This document shows, piece by piece, positions 17,122 to 24,968 of a stretch of DNA of 61,671 nucleotides (position 1 is its first letter; the number at the start of each line of letters is the position of its first letter). Location: assembly GCA_023301245.1 (NCBI GenBank), contig JALZUV010000044.1, forward strand, positions 1-61,671, given 5' to 3'. The notes below the pieces were generated by a model. That model was given only the letters and a program-made list of their open reading frames with translations, searched no databases and was not told the origin of the DNA. This stretch comes from Rickettsiales bacterium. GTDB lineage: Bacteria > Pseudomonadota > Alphaproteobacteria > Rickettsiales > JALZUV01. The position numbers and the translations under genes were made by a program.

Positions 17122-18609
17122 ATGAAACTGAAACCTAAAACAGTAACAGCAAACGTAAGGCTTATGCGCAGTCCTGTGCCGTCTCACGTATCTCTTGTAA
17201 ATCATGGAGCCAACCAGCAAGGGTTTAGTGTAATCAAGCACAACGACCTACCTGCGCGGCACAAATCGTCAAAAGTCACGGAGACCAAAATGACAACGAA
17301 TAAAAACATCAAAGGTGGTAACCGTAAGGCCCGCCGTAAGTCGAAGGCTGTGTCTCGCAAGAAAGCAGCCCCAGCGGCGCAGGATACGGCAACGGTCCAA
17401 AAGCTCACATTCAGCAAGAAGCACTTCCCTAAGAAAGCGGACGTGCAAAAGTTCTTGGATGAAAACGAGTACGACCCAGATACGTACACAATCAAGTCCC
17501 AGTCCACGGAATACATTGTTAGTTCCACGGAAGACGAAGCCATCAATGCTACTGACGTTCGCGAAACACCGTCCGACATGAACAAGGGCGTAACAGCGTT
17601 CATCGGCAAAGCGGCGCAAGTAGACGACGAAGACGCCACAAGCGCATCCGACCTAACTAAGGAACTATCCGAAGACGAAGAGGGGGAGGACGAAGAGGAG
17701 GGCGAAGCCGAAGAGGACGAAGCCGAAGACGAAGCCGAAGAGGACGAAGAGGAGGAGGACGAAGAGGACGAAGAGGACGAAGAGGAAGAGGAGGACGAAG
17801 AGGACGAAGAGGACGAAGAGGAAGAGGAGGACGAAGCCGAAGAGGACGACGACGCTGTGAAATCCTCTTGGCCAACCCTGACTAAGTTCATGGACCAAAA
17901 CATTGTCCATAAGGTAGATTGGTACGACACCTACTTCTCTAACGGCAAGTCCATATCTGACGCCATTGAAGACGGCACCCGTTGGGACAGCGCCCCTATG
18001 GGCTACGACATCGTTCTGGCGGGCCTTCAAGCCGCTACGAAAAACGTTCTCGAAGACGAAGACCTCGACATGGCAGCAAAGACTAGTCTTGTTGCGTCTA
18101 TCGGCATGGAATACGCAGACTTCACGACGAAGCTCTACGCAGTCATGTCTGAGATAGTTGCGGACAAAGACGTGCAGAAAGCCGTTGGCCGCAAGATGAC
18201 AAAAGCTGCGAAATCTATCGTAGCTGGTTTCGATGACGACCACTCGCAAACGTTTGCGAAGTCAGACTATAAGAAGCCTAAGAAATCCAAGAAGCCTAAG
18301 GATACAACTAAGGCATCTAAGGAAGACGGTTCACCTTTATCCCTCGACGATATCGTCAAGGCTATCGGTGCAGCCGTTGCACCACTGGCGAAGGACATTT
18401 CTGATTTGCGGAATACGCAAAAGTCCTCCGCCCGTTCTATGTCGAAACGACTATCCATCATGGAGAACCGTTCGCCAAAACGTAAATCGGTAGGAATTGA
18501 AGACGACGACGATCAGTCAGATGTCGAAGATGATGCCGCAGTCGCTAGCGCCAAAAAGGCAGCGGAAGATAATTTCCGATCCTCTATGGGTGTACGTAAG
18601 CGGCATTAA
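17122..18609 (+). CDS. scaffolding-like protein with ~60-residue Glu/Asp tract
   Basis: Position immediately upstream of the capsid gene. Basic N-part, an EEGEDEEEGEAEEDEAEDEAEEDEEEEDEEDEE... tract, and a helical C-part. Confidence 0.55.
   Translation: MKLKPKTVTANVRLMRSPVPSHVSLVNHGANQQGFSVIKHNDLPARHKSSKVTETKMTTNKNIKGGNRKARRKSKAVSRKKAAPAAQDTATVQKLTFSKKHFPKKADVQKFLDENEYDPDTYTIKSQSTEYIVSSTEDEAINATDVRETPSDMNKGVTAFIGKAAQVDDEDATSASDLTKELSEDEEGEDEEEGEAEEDEAEDEAEEDEEEEDEEDEEDEEEEEDEEDEEDEEEEEDEAEEDDDAVKSSWPTLTKFMDQNIVHKVDWYDTYFSNGKSISDAIEDGTRWDSAPMGYDIVLAGLQAATKNVLEDEDLDMAAKTSLVASIGMEYADFTTKLYAVMSEIVADKDVQKAVGRKMTKAAKSIVAGFDDDHSQTFAKSDYKKPKKSKKPKDTTKASKEDGSPLSLDDIVKAIGAAVAPLAKDISDLRNTQKSSARSMSKRLSIMENRSPKRKSVGIEDDDDQSDVEDDAAVASAKKAAEDNFRSSMGVRKRH
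17630..17673 (+). repeat. 44-nt segment, 43/44 identical to 14238-14281
   Basis: Encodes EDATSASDLTKELS immediately before the poly-acidic tract. Confidence 0.9.
17676..17860 (+). repeat. GAR/GAC low-complexity tract encoding poly-Glu/Asp
   Basis: Includes a 36-nt unit GAGGAGGACGAAGAGGACGAAGAGGACGAAGAGGAA present twice. Confidence 0.85.
18246..18257. repeat. palindrome copy 10 (scaffold; SQTFA)
   Basis: Exact match. Confidence 0.95.
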
Positions 18610-18693
18610 GCAACCGACTAACAACTGTAATCTCTCTGCCCTCGGGCCTGTAATTCAATCAAACAAATTCTTCTGATTTAAAGGAACAATCCA

Positions 18694-19698
18694 ATGAAGA
18701 AAAAAATCAACACATCCGACATGTCCCCTGACGAGCTTTTGCAGAAAGCGGACATGACAATCAACGAGCTGCTAGATACTGGCGGCATGATGGAACCTGA
18801 GATTGCTAACCGCTTCCGTAAGCGCGTTATGGACGAACCTACAATGTTGCAGGAAGTACGCCAATTCTCTATGTCACGTAACGAAGTACGATTGCCGCAC
18901 ATCGCGTCAACAGGCCGTATCCTACGTGCAGCCCGTAACCAGTATTCCTCAGACGATGACACCATCGGACAGGATGAAGGCTTCGGTACTCCAAATCGTG
19001 CGCTTTCGAAGGCTGAGCGGTACACTGTCGAAACTGGTCTGGTCACAGTCCGGTCAAAGGAAGTCATCGCGCAAATCAACCTTACGTACGAAATGCTAGA
19101 AGATGTTATACAAGGTGGGTCTATAGACAGCACACAGTTCGAGAACATCATCCTCGACCTTATGGCTGAGCAATCGGCTCTCGACCTTGAAGAAAAGCTT
19201 ATCCTCGGTGATACGGCGTCTGGTGATGACTTCCTCGCGTTGGAAGACGGCTTGATTAAGCTGTCGACACAGAACGCGGTTAACCACGGCGGTAACGCTG
19301 TGAACCTAACGTTGTTCGGTAACATGCTTAACGGCTTGCCTACCAAGTATCAGCGTAACATCGCTAAGATGAAGTTCTACGTCCATCCTACGGTTGAGCG
19401 TAACTATCGCATGCAGGTTGCAGCACGTCAGACGGGTCTTGGTGATGCCATGACTACAGGCAACGCGCCTGTAACGGTCCTAGGTGTGCCATTGGTCGCA
19501 GCGGCAGCAATGCCAAACGACAAGGCCATCCTGACAGACCCACGTAACATACTTATGGGTGTGCAGCGTGACTTCATGCTGGAGACTGTTCGAGACCCTG
19601 AAAACCGCCTAATCAAGCTGATCTTGACTATGCGTACAGGACAGAACGTCGAAGAGGCGGACCTCATGGTCAAAGCGACAAACATCGCTACTAACTAA
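18694..19698 (+). CDS. major capsid protein (HK97-fold type)
   Basis: 334 aa, position after protease/scaffold, followed by a hairpin. Sequence style is typical of Phage_capsid family proteins. Confidence 0.75.
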   Translation: MKKKINTSDMSPDELLQKADMTINELLDTGGMMEPEIANRFRKRVMDEPTMLQEVRQFSMSRNEVRLPHIASTGRILRAARNQYSSDDDTIGQDEGFGTPNRALSKAERYTVETGLVTVRSKEVIAQINLTYEMLEDVIQGGSIDSTQFENIILDLMAEQSALDLEEKLILGDTASGDDFLALEDGLIKLSTQNAVNHGGNAVNLTLFGNMLNGLPTKYQRNIAKMKFYVHPTVERNYRMQVAARQTGLGDAMTTGNAPVTVLGVPLVAAAAMPNDKAILTDPRNILMGVQRDFMLETVRDPENRLIKLILTMRTGQNVEEADLMVKATNIATN

Positions 19699-19705
19699 AA
19701 CCTAC

Positions 19706-19740
19706 GGGTGCTGGCTTAACGGCTGGCACCCTACATCTTT
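19706..19740 (+). terminator. hairpin after the capsid gene (weak U tract)
   Basis: GGGTGCTGGC / GCTGGCACCC forms a 10-bp stem (2 G-U pairs) with a 6-nt loop, followed by TACATCTTT. Confidence 0.4.
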
Positions 19741-19778
19741 GTAATCAAGCAACCCCTGTAAAAACTGGAGACACGTTA

Positions 19779-20162
19779 ATGTCCACATCAGATACCGTCA
19801 TCACCGCAACACTCATTCGCGGAAAGACATACCAATACTCACAACTCGCCAAAGTCGGTGAAGAGCAAGAGACCTTCAAGTTCCTTCGCGCTGTGCCGCA
19901 AGAGGTGACAGAAGATATTGCGGAAGCCCTAGAAGATTTGGTCGATATCGTCACCTCTCGGGATGGACGAGAGCGTATTGAGATTGAGCGACAAATCTTT
20001 CGCATCAACTACGAGGCGGACACTTCTGAGCTTAATGTTGGTAAAGCCCGTGAGAGGGCCAAATCTCGCAAACGTTTGCGACTTGTATCAGCCGACGACG
20101 CGGACAGTATTCGCGCGAAGAAAAACAAGCCGTCATCTTCCCGTATTAAGAAGCGGCGGTAA
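19779..20162 (+). CDS. hypothetical head-associated protein with polybasic C-terminus
   Basis: 127 aa, ends KSRKRLRLVSADDADSIRAKKNKPSSSRIKKRR, followed by a strong terminator. Confidence 0.5.
   Translation: MSTSDTVITATLIRGKTYQYSQLAKVGEEQETFKFLRAVPQEVTEDIAEALEDLVDIVTSRDGRERIEIERQIFRINYEADTSELNVGKARERAKSRKRLRLVSADDADSIRAKKNKPSSSRIKKRR
20068..20079. repeat. palindrome copy 11 (in CDS; RKRL)
   Basis: Exact match. Confidence 0.95.
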
Positions 20163-20189
20163 GCACAACTTACATATACGACGTATATC

Positions 20190-20217
20190 GGGTGGGGTTC
20201 GCGCCTCACCCTTTTTT
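20190..20217 (+). terminator. intrinsic terminator
   Basis: GGGTGGGG-TTCGCG-CCTCACCC followed by TTTTTT. Confidence 0.75.
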
Positions 20218-20232
20218 GTTTAAGGGAACCCC

Positions 20233-20874
20233 ATGACCGAACATTTACAGCTCTGCACGATAGACGACATCCGAGCACTCACCCAATCGGCTAGCAGATA
20301 CGACGCGTTCTATGAGATGGCACAAATCACAGCTACGCAGATGATTAACAACTACATCCGCCGTAGCCTGTCTTATCAGGTTCACACAGAATTCGCGGGG
20401 ACTGTCACTAGCAACAACAACTCTCCATCAAACGTATGGTTAAAGGGTACGCCAATTGACCTCACACAACCTTTTACCGTCACATACTCAGGCACGGGCA
20501 ACTTCGACGGCGTAGACCCTCTAAGCCACAATAACTGGCATGTGGATGTAAATTCAGGCAAGCTAGAACTATTCATCGGGACTAGACGAGGGGGACGTAC
20601 AGTTATGGTCACCTACACCTCGGGTTATGGGGAGATAATAGACGAGGATACGAACGAAGGCACGGGCGTACTAGACGTACCTAAGTGGATACGCCTCGCA
20701 GCCATAAGCCAAGCCGTCTATATCTACGAAGCTCTTGTGGAGGGTACACTTGGGCAGAACGAAAAACTCCAAGGCGCTGAGAAAATCGCAACACACATGC
20801 TGACTATAGGCACCCTGCAACCTGCTATCAAAGCAACTATGGCTACATTGCGCAAGATAATGGTGGGTAACTAA
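20233..20874 (+). CDS. putative head-tail adaptor/connector
   Basis: Position. The N-terminus LCTIDDIRALTQ...ITATQMINNYIRRSL resembles gp6-like connector N-termini (weak). Confidence 0.4.
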   Translation: MTEHLQLCTIDDIRALTQSASRYDAFYEMAQITATQMINNYIRRSLSYQVHTEFAGTVTSNNNSPSNVWLKGTPIDLTQPFTVTYSGTGNFDGVDPLSHNNWHVDVNSGKLELFIGTRRGGRTVMVTYTSGYGEIIDEDTNEGTGVLDVPKWIRLAAISQAVYIYEALVEGTLGQNEKLQGAEKIATHMLTIGTLQPAIKATMATLRKIMVGN

Positions 20875-20875
20875 T

Positions 20876-21535
20876 ATGTCTGTAGTCTTATACGGCGTTG
20901 ACGCTAAGCAATTCAGGTCGGCTATACGTCCCAGCCTCGTTGGCAACATTGCCAAGGTTGAGCCTACGCTAACGGCACGTATAGCGGAAATCTTCGTAGA
21001 GTGGATGACGGGGGTTATAAACGATACCATGGCTTCTACCTCCGTAGACGACGCGAACAACACGATACACAACCAGTTACGCAGGGGCATCCGAGCGGTA
21101 GGTAAGCGCAGCCTACGGACCCTACGCGTAACAACGAGAGTAAAGCCATACCTATACGCAATGGAGTATGGTAAGGACAACGTTACCCCCAAGCGGTCCA
21201 AGTTCTTCACCATACCTATATTCGATGGTCTGCGCGCAGACGGCACACCTAAGTTCCGCAAAGCATCTGCATGGAAACGATATGGCAGCTTCGTCTGGGT
21301 ATCCCCGAAGACGGGTAAGAAATTCCTTGCCTATAAGAGCAAGACGGACGGCGGCTTGAAAATCATATACGCCCTCGTAGCCAAGATAGACATACCCGCC
21401 CGACTAGGCTTGCGTAAGATCGCTTTCCAAAACGAAGGTAGATTGTTTACGGAGATGATGAATACATATATCCGAGTTGCGGCTAACTCAGGCGTCATGG
21501 ACTTCTGGGGCAAGACATCTAGGAGGATAACCTAA
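20876..21535 (+). CDS. putative head-closure/tail-completion protein
   Basis: Position in the connector block. No motif. Confidence 0.35.
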   Translation: MSVVLYGVDAKQFRSAIRPSLVGNIAKVEPTLTARIAEIFVEWMTGVINDTMASTSVDDANNTIHNQLRRGIRAVGKRSLRTLRVTTRVKPYLYAMEYGKDNVTPKRSKFFTIPIFDGLRADGTPKFRKASAWKRYGSFVWVSPKTGKKFLAYKSKTDGGLKIIYALVAKIDIPARLGLRKIAFQNEGRLFTEMMNTYIRVAANSGVMDFWGKTSRRIT

Positions 21536-22041
21536 TGGTAAAATCAATAGTCCCCTTACTGGAAAAGAAAACCAAACGCCAGCGCATAGTAGAAGCTATA
21601 CATGACGCACTAAAAGCGGCGGAGCACAACCCAGACGTAACGACGGGAGACGAGGCGGCGCGGCCCTTGTTTGAGTTCACGGGGTACGGAGATGTAAACG
21701 AATTATTCGGCGAGACCCAAACCCCCTGCTGCGCAGTAGACCAAGGAACCGAGGAAAAATCGGACCTTCTATACCCTAAGATAGAAAAGGTTTTAAGGTT
21801 GTATATCGGATTTATGCTTCATGTACCAAAAGGTGTTGATAGTTACGAATTTTTCAACTACTATCTAGGACGTGTAATAGAGGTATGCGTCAAAGATCAT
21901 ACGTTGGGGGGACTAACCATCGACGTACAAGACGCTGGTAACAGCCCAGAAATAAGTGGACCCACGGACCCAACGCCGCGTGGTGAACTATTTTTGGACG
22001 TAAGATATCGCCACATTAACGGAAACCCATTCAGCGACTAG
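21535..22041 (+). CDS. putative tail terminator/connector protein
   Basis: Position. ATG overlaps the previous stop. Confidence 0.35.
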   Translation: MVKSIVPLLEKKTKRQRIVEAIHDALKAAEHNPDVTTGDEAARPLFEFTGYGDVNELFGETQTPCCAVDQGTEEKSDLLYPKIEKVLRLYIGFMLHVPKGVDSYEFFNYYLGRVIEVCVKDHTLGGLTIDVQDAGNSPEISGPTDPTPRGELFLDVRYRHINGNPFSD

Positions 22042-22052
22042 GAGACAATGAC

Positions 22053-22268
22053 ATGACTGATAAGACCAAAACCAAAATTCGTAAGCGGGGCGGCATAAGT
22101 GATACTGCCGAGACCGTAACTAAGCCAGCAAATATCGACACATCTGGCACGAAGACCACAGTCGATAAAACAAGTAAGCCTACAGAAGCACCAAAACCCA
22201 AGCCCGTACCTAGGGGCGTCGGGGGCAGCTACGTAATCAACTCAAACGGTGATCGGGTTAAGGCCTAA
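22053..22268 (+). CDS. small hypothetical protein
   Basis: 71 aa with a GGAGAC SD. Confidence 0.45.
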   Translation: MTDKTKTKIRKRGGISDTAETVTKPANIDTSGTKTTVDKTSKPTEAPKPKPVPRGVGGSYVINSNGDRVKA

Positions 22269-22295
22269 TACCACAACAACAAAGGAAACACGATT

Positions 22296-23804
22296 ATGTC
22301 TATCTTGACAGAACGTACGGTGCTTTTTGGTAAAATCGAAAGCACATTCAACGAAGACCCGCAACCGTCAGCGGCCCTCGACGCATTCTTAGCGTCAGAG
22401 GTTGCAGTCACTATGGACGCCAACGTCCTAGAGCGGAACAACTACACGCCGTCACTATCTAACGACGCTATTAAGATTGGTCGTAAACTGGTAGGGTTGT
22501 CGTTCACGCATGAGGTTAAAGCATCTGGTAACATCGCAGTCGCCCCGCGCCTTGGCCGTCTATTCCGCGCTTGCGGTATGAGCCAGACATGGGTTGCCGC
22601 AGGCTCCGACACACAGATCGGAAGTGCTACGCGTAACCCAGCGAATACAAGCTCTGCAACCTTGTCTTTGGCTAAGGACACAGCACCCACAGGCAATTAC
22701 TACCCGTATGTTCTTGAGTATGTGTCGGCCACGGAAGCGGTAGTCACGACCACAGGTAACGATACGACAGTCTTGCGTAACTTAGTTCATGCAGTATCTG
22801 TTACGTCAGCCTCTGGTACAGCCTCCGTAGCTGTAACGGCAGGTGAGCCTACTTATACTCTAGTCGGGCCTTTCGTAGCTGACGACGCAGTATTCGTTAC
22901 TGTGGGTGGTATCCTATTTCAGGTAAATGTGACGGAGGGCAATACAACGCCAACGGCTATAGCTACGGCTATCGCAGACAAGCTAAGTGCTGACGCGCGC
23001 CTTACCGCAAACTCTACCGCAGGTGTTATAGCTGTAACGTTATCCGCAGCGGCTGGCGCACAGACTATAGACACAAACCAAATCACCTTAGGTGCCTCTG
23101 GCGCGCAAGTGACTGTGACGGAAACAGGTTCGCCTGACGTAGCAGACCGATTTGAGGTCGACGTGCTTCGTACTGGCTGGCATTACGACCCTGTGTCCGA
23201 TGGTTTTGAGAGCATGACGTTCTACGTATTCTACGATGGGCTTATGCACAAAATCACAGGGTGCCGTGGTACGTTCTCCGTCAGCGCGGAAAGCGGTAAC
23301 TTTGCTACAGCGTCATTTACCTTCACAGGACAATACTACGACCCAATCGACAAGGCCTTGCCATCGGCAGAACTCGTGCTTGAAGCGTCAGAGCCACAAC
23401 AGGTAGAACTAGCGCAATTCGCTCTAGGCAATTACTCTGCGTGTGCTCAGTCCTTTTCCTTTGATATATCCAACACGGTCACACCGCGTACATGTATCAA
23501 TGCGAAGGATGGTTTCGAAGGCGTCCGTATTACGTCCCGTGCACCTACGGGTGGCGTTAACCCTGAGGCGGTTCTACCGTCCGAGTTCGCTGTATGGCGT
23601 AGCGCGTCCGAAGGGCGTAGCTTGTACTTCGAAGCTCGTGTAGGTACGCAAGCGGGCAACATCATCCAGTTTGAGGCACCAGCCGCGCAGATCAGTGCAG
23701 CGCCTTATGGTGACCGAGACGGTGACCGTACGTACGAACTTAGCCTACGTTTGGCAGGTGCATCGCCCGCAGGTAACGATGAACTACGTATCGTAGCTGC
23801 ATAA
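22296..23804 (+). CDS. major tail (tube) protein with large insertion domain
   Basis: Position before the chaperones and tape measure. N- and C-terminal segments look tube-like (FTFTGQYYDP...RITSRAPTGGVNPE...YELSLRLAG), split by a ~190-aa Ala/Thr/Val-rich insert. Confidence 0.6.
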   Translation: MSILTERTVLFGKIESTFNEDPQPSAALDAFLASEVAVTMDANVLERNNYTPSLSNDAIKIGRKLVGLSFTHEVKASGNIAVAPRLGRLFRACGMSQTWVAAGSDTQIGSATRNPANTSSATLSLAKDTAPTGNYYPYVLEYVSATEAVVTTTGNDTTVLRNLVHAVSVTSASGTASVAVTAGEPTYTLVGPFVADDAVFVTVGGILFQVNVTEGNTTPTAIATAIADKLSADARLTANSTAGVIAVTLSAAAGAQTIDTNQITLGASGAQVTVTETGSPDVADRFEVDVLRTGWHYDPVSDGFESMTFYVFYDGLMHKITGCRGTFSVSAESGNFATASFTFTGQYYDPIDKALPSAELVLEASEPQQVELAQFALGNYSACAQSFSFDISNTVTPRTCINAKDGFEGVRITSRAPTGGVNPEAVLPSEFAVWRSASEGRSLYFEARVGTQAGNIIQFEAPAAQISAAPYGDRDGDRTYELSLRLAGASPAGNDELRIVAA

Positions 23805-23830
23805 GTCTCCGCAGGGGGGAGGGGGTCCAT

Positions 23831-24040
23831 ATGGTAATTCACGTTCCTAATGGACCCCCAAAACGCACACAAAAACGTAAAGTTTACCTCGTGGTTTTGC
23901 CCACGGGGTTTTCTAATGAAAGTGGGGAAGAGACAGTCGTTATCGTAGGCGTAAAATTAACTAGACGCGCAGCCGATAAACTTGTAGAAGACGACCCAGC
24001 GTTACGGGTAGACCCGTGGCAAGCAACCAAGGAAACCTAA
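23831..24040 (+). CDS. small hypothetical protein
   Basis: 69-aa ORF. Confidence 0.4.
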   Translation: MVIHVPNGPPKRTQKRKVYLVVLPTGFSNESGEETVVIVGVKLTRRAADKLVEDDPALRVDPWQATKET

Positions 24041-24043
24041 CTC

Positions 24044-24055
24044 GCAAACGTTTGC
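24044..24055. repeat. palindrome copy 12 (intergenic before chaperone gene)
   Basis: Exact match. Confidence 0.95.
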
Positions 24056-24089
24056 GAAGCACATAGCAGAAGCTTAAGGAGCATCAGCA

Positions 24090-24689
24090 ATGGCATTAAC
24101 AGCCCTAAACATGGCAGCTACATTCGAGCTAGCCTCCAAGTCCGACCCAGCATACGACGAAGACATTGCCATCGCCAAAGAGAAAGGCGCGACAATCTTC
24201 ACATGCGGCTACCTACCTAAGGAAGTCTGCGCAGAGCTTTCAGACGACAGCCAATCCGCAACACAACGCATGAACAATGGTATTGAAACCACGTACCATG
24301 CCAAGAATTCTCGTAAAGCATGGAAGGCATTTAGACGTGGCCTTCGCAACGTTCAAAACTTCCCTGACGAAAACGACGTGGAGCAAGTCTTTCAATCAGA
24401 GAACATTGTCATGGGCATTGGCAAAGCGACAAAGGTCGCAGCGATTGCTTACGTTGACAAGTTCCCTATGTCGGTAATCAATGAGATCGGTTCCGAAATC
24501 TTAAAACGCAGCTCACTAACGGATGACGAAAGAAAAAAGTCCGATGGTCTGTTTACGCTGCTCACAGGCACAGAGACATCCAATGCAGCAAGTGCAATGA
24601 CCAGCAAAAATCAGTCAGGGGATGCAGTAAGCCAGCCATCGGATACGACGGACGAGACGCCGACGGAAAACCAAAAGGATACTGGGTAG
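24090..24689 (+). CDS. tail assembly chaperone (lambda G-like)
   Basis: Position directly upstream of the tape measure. Acidic C-terminus. A start-less -1 frame extension follows. Confidence 0.6.
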   Translation: MALTALNMAATFELASKSDPAYDEDIAIAKEKGATIFTCGYLPKEVCAELSDDSQSATQRMNNGIETTYHAKNSRKAWKAFRRGLRNVQNFPDENDVEQVFQSENIVMGIGKATKVAAIAYVDKFPMSVINEIGSEILKRSSLTDDERKKSDGLFTLLTGTETSNAASAMTSKNQSGDAVSQPSDTTDETPTENQKDTG

Positions 24690-24964
24690 ACCCATTAACG
24701 AAAGAGCCACAAAACCGCTGCCCTCGTCGTTTCATCCATGAGGACCCCTTCGAGGTAGCGGTTATATGGGAGCTAAAACAAACCTATGAGGATGGATACC
24801 TCCCTAGTGAGGGGGGCCTCTACCAGCAAAACAATAGGTACGTAGAGTTGCTAGACCTAGTAAAGGCCGTAACCGCTTTATCTGACCAAGAACTGGATGA
24901 AGAGCGTAAACGTAAAAAGGCCAACCCCAATAAGGGACAAACGAATTTACTAAAAAGGCGATAA
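24090..24964 (+). CDS. tail assembly chaperone GT-like fusion (programmed -1 frameshift product)
   Basis: The -1 frame is open from about 24600 to the TAA at 24962-24964 with no start codon of its own. It ends 4 nt before the tape-measure ATG. Candidate slip site CCAAAAG at 24671-24677. Confidence 0.5.
24671..24677 (+). promoter_or_regulatory. candidate -1 ribosomal slippery heptamer C_CAA_AAG
   Basis: The A-site Lys AAG can re-pair on AAA in the -1 frame. It lies 10 nt before the G stop. Non-canonical first triplet. Confidence 0.3.
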
Positions 24965-24968
24965 TATT

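Noticed and set aside
17202-17930. Long - strand ORFs, e.g. poly-Ser 17202..17930, 18678..19346, 35937..36704, 37044..37706, 43034..43600, 43579..44115, 44551..45267 and 46158..46934.
   Set aside because: Each lies wholly antisense to a + strand gene that has a recognisable family motif and/or a good SD. Their composition (Ser/Ala/Leu runs mirroring Glu/Ala codons) is typical of shadow ORFs.
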